64,000 bases of DNA from assembly GCA_963674785.1 (NCBI GenBank), contig OY771555.1, positions 96,001 to 160,000 on the forward strand, in the 5' to 3' direction. Source of the stretch: Caldisericia bacterium (GTDB taxonomy: Bacteria > Caldisericota > Caldisericia > JAAYUI01). The notes under the pieces were generated by a model that saw only the letters and a program-made list of their open reading frames with translations, did not search any database and was not told the DNA's origin. The position numbers were made by a program, and so were the translations under genes. Shown piece after piece: positions 60,055 to 64,000 of this stretch; position 1 is the stretch's first letter; each line of letters begins with the position of its first letter.

Positions 60055-60082
60055 ATTTTATGTATCTACCGCTGATTGTCAA
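60055..60082 (-). promoter_or_regulatory. Promoter of rpsP operon
   Basis: TTGACA-16-TAAAAT. Confidence 0.65.
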
Positions 60083-60188
60083 GTGATTTAGGTTATAAGA
60101 ATGTTTTTAAGATGTTTACATTTATTTTTATCTAGTTATTGCACCCATATGAAACTCGAGTAGAATAGCACAAAACACTGGAGGAGCG

Positions 60189-61700
60189 ATGAAAAATAAA
60201 ACGATAACAGCCATAGCAATAACAGTATCAGTTATTATTGTTGCAGGAATTGGAGCATTTGCACTTATGAGCATCTGGAAGAATTCCTCAATAGATCCAC
60301 TTGCATTTATACCAGAAGATTGCGGATTCTACGCCGTCTTTGATTCAGGTTTAAACATGGAGGATGTAAAAAGACCTATCGAATCACTTGGAGACACATA
60401 CAAAAACGAATTTGAAGACTATTTTGACGAATTCATGGAGACTGACCTTTCATTTCTAAACCTCAACGGTTTTGTTGTGAAGAACTCCGACAGCATTTTA
60501 TCACAGGATTTTGTTATTGGTCTTGAAATCACAGATAAAGCTGGTGCAAGAAAAGGGCTAGAAAATATCTACAATATCTTTGATTTTGAAGATAAACCCG
60601 AAATTATTGAAGATGAAAAAGGATTCATAAAAATCGGGGATGATTTTGTGTGTTTTGTTGAAAAGAACTTCCTGCTAATATCTCAAAGCTCAAGAGCAAT
60701 AAATGATGTCCTTGATGTAAAATCAGGGGAAGATAAATCCATAATGGAAAATGCCGATTGGAAGAAAATCAGCCACGAATTGTCCACTAAATTTTCAATT
60801 TTTGTACAAGTCCCCCTGGGTAAAGAACCTCTTGTTGTCGCTGCAACAGAACTTTCAGAAAAGACTTCGGAGCATGGATTAGAGATAATACTTATCGAAG
60901 GGCGTCAAAGATTGAAGTCATCAATTCCAGATAAAGAAACAAGAGAAATAATCGCACTTTTTGATGAAGTTTTCGAAAATAGCCGAGATTTGTCAGGCAT
61001 TCTGTCGATGCTTCCCGATGCACCAATTGTTGGCGCTGCTTCTATGATTCCAAATTTCAACCTAGACATTTCAGACTCCAATGATAAGAATGTTTTCTTG
61101 GATGGTGATTATGGTTTCTGGGTCGACCCTGATGAATTCAATTCCCCAGCTATTTTTTGTCAGCTTATGAAGCCAACGGGTGTTTCAACAAGTAAACTTC
61201 TTGAATACATTTTCCCAGAGGATGAATTCAAGATTGAAGATAATCTGGGTGTAAAAGAAATTTATTCTTCCTTCTTTTTTCCAATGTCCCCATTTAATGA
61301 TGAAGAACTAGAAGAGATTTCATTTGAAACCGAACCATCTTTTTTTGCATCAGAAAAGAACGGAACAGCAATTATCTCAACAGAAATTGATGCCCTGGAT
61401 TTTCAGCCATCCAAAAAGAACATAAAAACTGAGGATGCGGTGGCTTACTGCATAATCGATTTCAAAACCATGATTCAAAACAGTCTTGATTCAATAAAGG
61501 ATTCCGAATATCAACCCGCATACGGATTAGATGAATACAAGGAAAGACTAAAGAAAATCGATCTTAAAGCAGTGATCAGACTCTATGAAAAGGACACAGA
61601 TATGAGACTTAAACTCTCGTTCTCTGGTGATTTAAAAGAAATAAAATCAATATTGATGGATGCTGCTGGCGAGATAACAAAAGAATCAAGTGAACAATAG
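60189..61700 (+). CDS. Membrane-anchored acidic protein, DUF3352-like (paralog 1)
   Basis: N-terminal anchor, FIPED..FY, NFLLIS....I..VLD......SI.EN..WK. Confidence 0.65.
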   Translation: MKNKTITAIAITVSVIIVAGIGAFALMSIWKNSSIDPLAFIPEDCGFYAVFDSGLNMEDVKRPIESLGDTYKNEFEDYFDEFMETDLSFLNLNGFVVKNSDSILSQDFVIGLEITDKAGARKGLENIYNIFDFEDKPEIIEDEKGFIKIGDDFVCFVEKNFLLISQSSRAINDVLDVKSGEDKSIMENADWKKISHELSTKFSIFVQVPLGKEPLVVAATELSEKTSEHGLEIILIEGRQRLKSSIPDKETREIIALFDEVFENSRDLSGILSMLPDAPIVGAASMIPNFNLDISDSNDKNVFLDGDYGFWVDPDEFNSPAIFCQLMKPTGVSTSKLLEYIFPEDEFKIEDNLGVKEIYSSFFFPMSPFNDEELEEISFETEPSFFASEKNGTAIISTEIDALDFQPSKKNIKTEDAVAYCIIDFKTMIQNSLDSIKDSEYQPAYGLDEYKERLKKIDLKAVIRLYEKDTDMRLKLSFSGDLKEIKSILMDAAGEITKESSEQ

Positions 61701-61785
61701 CCTATCCAAAGCATATTAAAAACGATAACTAAATCCTTGTGTCAAAATAAGAAAGCAGATACTATTTTCGGTGTTTGGAGGAAAC

Positions 61786-63252
61786 ATGAAAAATAAAATT
61801 ACTGTTGTTTTAATAACCGTTCTTTTGGTTATTTTTATTGGTGGGGCAGTCTCACTTGGGCTTGTGGCTGATGCAAACGAGAATTCTCCTGGTCAGACAG
61901 ATTACGCCAGTGAAAATGCTATGTTGTTTGTGCAGTTTGACTTAGAGTACAACGCTCAAGATTTGATTGACGAAGTAAAACTTGTAATTCCGATGTTTGA
62001 AGATTTGATTGATGAAGAATTTGTTGGATTACTTGATTTTGATTACTCATTCATAGACCTAGCGGGTTTTTATGTATTCGAGTCATACAGCGAAATTGAC
62101 TACTCAATAAACAGCACCTTTGGGTTAAGGCTTTCAGGGGAAGGTGATCCTGAAAAAGGAATCGAATCAATTCTTGGCTATCTTGAAGAAACTTTTGAAT
62201 TAGGAATTGAACATACAGACGAAGGCTACATAATCATTGATAACATCTACACAATGTATTTGGCTGAAGACTACATTCTTTTTGCTGAAGATACTCAATC
62301 AATTGAGTTTGCTCTTGACATAAAAGAGAACGACAAGCCAACCATCGCTGATAGTCCCAATTGGAAAAAAGTTGAAAACGATTTATCTAAAAACTTCTCT
62401 TTCCTCATTAACTACCCATCCTTTATGGGCGAAAGCAGCATTCCAATTGCTGGAACATATATAAATCCAAGCAAAAATGAATATGGAATCGAACTTATTC
62501 TGGTTGATGGAAGAGAACAATTCGAAAACATGTTTTCTTTTGATGCTACGGGAGAGATTGCATCAAGTCTCAACTCTCTTTTTGATCAATCCAGAGACCT
62601 GTCAGATACAATATCATATCTTCCTGACACTGGACTTCGTGGGGCAATTGCTGGAATCCCAAATTTCGATGAATATTTCACTACTGTCGAGTTTCTTGAG
62701 GGCAGCAATGGGTATTGGTTAGACCTAGAAGATGAGTATCTTGGTAAAGAAGGTTTGATGTATGAGGCAACTGACATTGAACCAAAAGAGCTTCTTCTGA
62801 AGCTCTATCCTGAGAAAACTTACCACTATGAAGAAACCGAAGATGGGTTTGAGCTATACAGACTTCCATTCTTTTTTGATCCGTCAGAGGATGAATTTGA
62901 CATAACCGACAAAACTCCAGATTTGTTTTGTCAAATCGATGAAAGCAAGATATACGTCGTCTCAGACGAATCAATGAAACAAGAAACCTGGGAAAAATCA
63001 GAATTCAAGGATACTGGTGATTCTGTAGCATTCTTTGAGCTTGACTATGGAGAATTGCTCGAATCGATGGCTTCATCTGATGATGAAATGGGTTTTGGAA
63101 TTGATCCATCTCTTTTAGCGGGACTTGTCAAGGAAGCTGACATAAAAGTAAACGTCAGATTATTTGAATTAAAACCAAATATAAAGCTTGATGTAATTAT
63201 GAGTGGCGACTTCGAACTGCTTTCTGAGCTTGTTGAGAGTCTATTGCCTTGA
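61786..63252 (+). CDS. Membrane-anchored acidic protein, DUF3352-like (paralog 2)
   Basis: Shares MKNK.I, G.E.IL..GR, SRDLS...S.LPD, IPNF, RL.E, SGD motifs with paralog 1. Confidence 0.65.
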   Translation: MKNKITVVLITVLLVIFIGGAVSLGLVADANENSPGQTDYASENAMLFVQFDLEYNAQDLIDEVKLVIPMFEDLIDEEFVGLLDFDYSFIDLAGFYVFESYSEIDYSINSTFGLRLSGEGDPEKGIESILGYLEETFELGIEHTDEGYIIIDNIYTMYLAEDYILFAEDTQSIEFALDIKENDKPTIADSPNWKKVENDLSKNFSFLINYPSFMGESSIPIAGTYINPSKNEYGIELILVDGREQFENMFSFDATGEIASSLNSLFDQSRDLSDTISYLPDTGLRGAIAGIPNFDEYFTTVEFLEGSNGYWLDLEDEYLGKEGLMYEATDIEPKELLLKLYPEKTYHYEETEDGFELYRLPFFFDPSEDEFDITDKTPDLFCQIDESKIYVVSDESMKQETWEKSEFKDTGDSVAFFELDYGELLESMASSDDEMGFGIDPSLLAGLVKEADIKVNVRLFELKPNIKLDVIMSGDFELLSELVESLLP

Positions 63253-63290
63253 TATTTTAATATATTTCATCTATACTTAGGCAAGCGCAG

Positions 63291-64000
63291 ATGAGAAGTC
63301 AAAGAGCGAGAATAGCATTCGTATTGTTTTTGGCAATCTCGCTTGCCTTTGCGCCCTACTCTGCTTCCGCAAGATCAATCTCTTGGAATATGTTTGGTTT
63401 CAATGCAAGCCATACATTTGCAACAGATGAGCAGATTTCCACAGACTTATCAGTCGACTGGATGTATGATACTGGAGGAGGAGTTGTTGCAACTGCAACC
63501 CCGTGTTACGAATCTGGGAGATTTTACGTCCCTCAAGCATCGGGCATGATCAGTTGTTACAATGAGGAAACGGGAAAGAGATTGTGGAGATCAAAGCTTT
63601 CTTCTGCCCCAATCGTTTCGAAACCAAAACCCGTTGGTGGATACCTAGTAACCACTTCTTATGATGGAAAACTCTACTCACTTTTTGCAAAAGATGGCAG
63701 CACCTACCGAAGCCGTGATATTGGATCACACACCTCAACCTCTCCTGTTGTGAGTAATGGGTATATCTTCACTGTCACAGATGAAGGTGAACTTGCCAAA
63801 TGGACAATAAATGGTGTTTTCAAGGTTCAACAAAAAAATATAGAATCGCAAGTAAAATTAGATACTGACCCTGTCGTAACGAGAAAAGGGATAGCTATTG
63901 CAACAAACGATGACAAGATAAAATGTTTCGACATAAGATGGGGTAAAAATCTTGAACTTAAATGGGAACGCTCAATTGCCATTCCATCTGGATCGAACTC
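63291..64000 (+). CDS. Secreted PQQ-like beta-propeller protein (runs off window edge)
   Basis: Own translation: signal peptide, WNMFGFNASHT, W.YDTGG.V, CYNEETGKRLW, SYDGKLYS. Confidence 0.75.
   Translation, partial: MRSQRARIAFVLFLAISLAFAPYSASARSISWNMFGFNASHTFATDEQISTDLSVDWMYDTGGGVVATATPCYESGRFYVPQASGMISCYNEETGKRLWRSKLSSAPIVSKPKPVGGYLVTTSYDGKLYSLFAKDGSTYRSRDIGSHTSTSPVVSNGYIFTVTDEGELAKWTINGVFKVQQKNIESQVKLDTDPVVTRKGIAIATNDDKIKCFDIRWGKNLELKWERSIAIPSGSN

Noticed and set aside
1-64000. CRISPR array, IS element or prophage
   Set aside because: No regularly spaced repeats, transposase, integrase or phage structural genes recognised

Overview
AT-rich bacterial chromosomal segment from an anaerobic Terrabacteria-type organism. 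Several 'stalk' (copper-amine-oxidase N-terminal) surface proteins, PQQ-type propellers with Ig/BACON repeats, ylqD and a Na+-type V/A-ATPase suggest Caldisericia (inference only). Core genes: double-domain thyX, tRNA-Trp-secE-nusG-rplKAJL (no rpoBC after it), deoB, ahcY, a full V/A-ATPase operon, and rpsP-khpA-ylqD-trmD-SPOUT-(lepB x3)-rplS-lepB-rnhB-NERD-yraN without rimM. The best candidate for an undescribed system is an AT-rich island (39985-44994) directly behind the ATPase operon. It holds a HEPN-motif (R-x4-H) gene followed by six coupled, diverged 2-TM membrane paralogs plus a truncated seventh copy. Other points of note: a TetR operon of two membrane beta-propeller proteins sharing a near-identical Zn-ribbon N-terminus, an orphan ribulokinase-like protein with altered catalytic motifs, four signal peptidase I genes, probable ATT start codons, several apparently leaderless genes and recurrent 16-bp promoter spacers. 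No transposase, integrase, CRISPR array or reverse transcriptase was seen.
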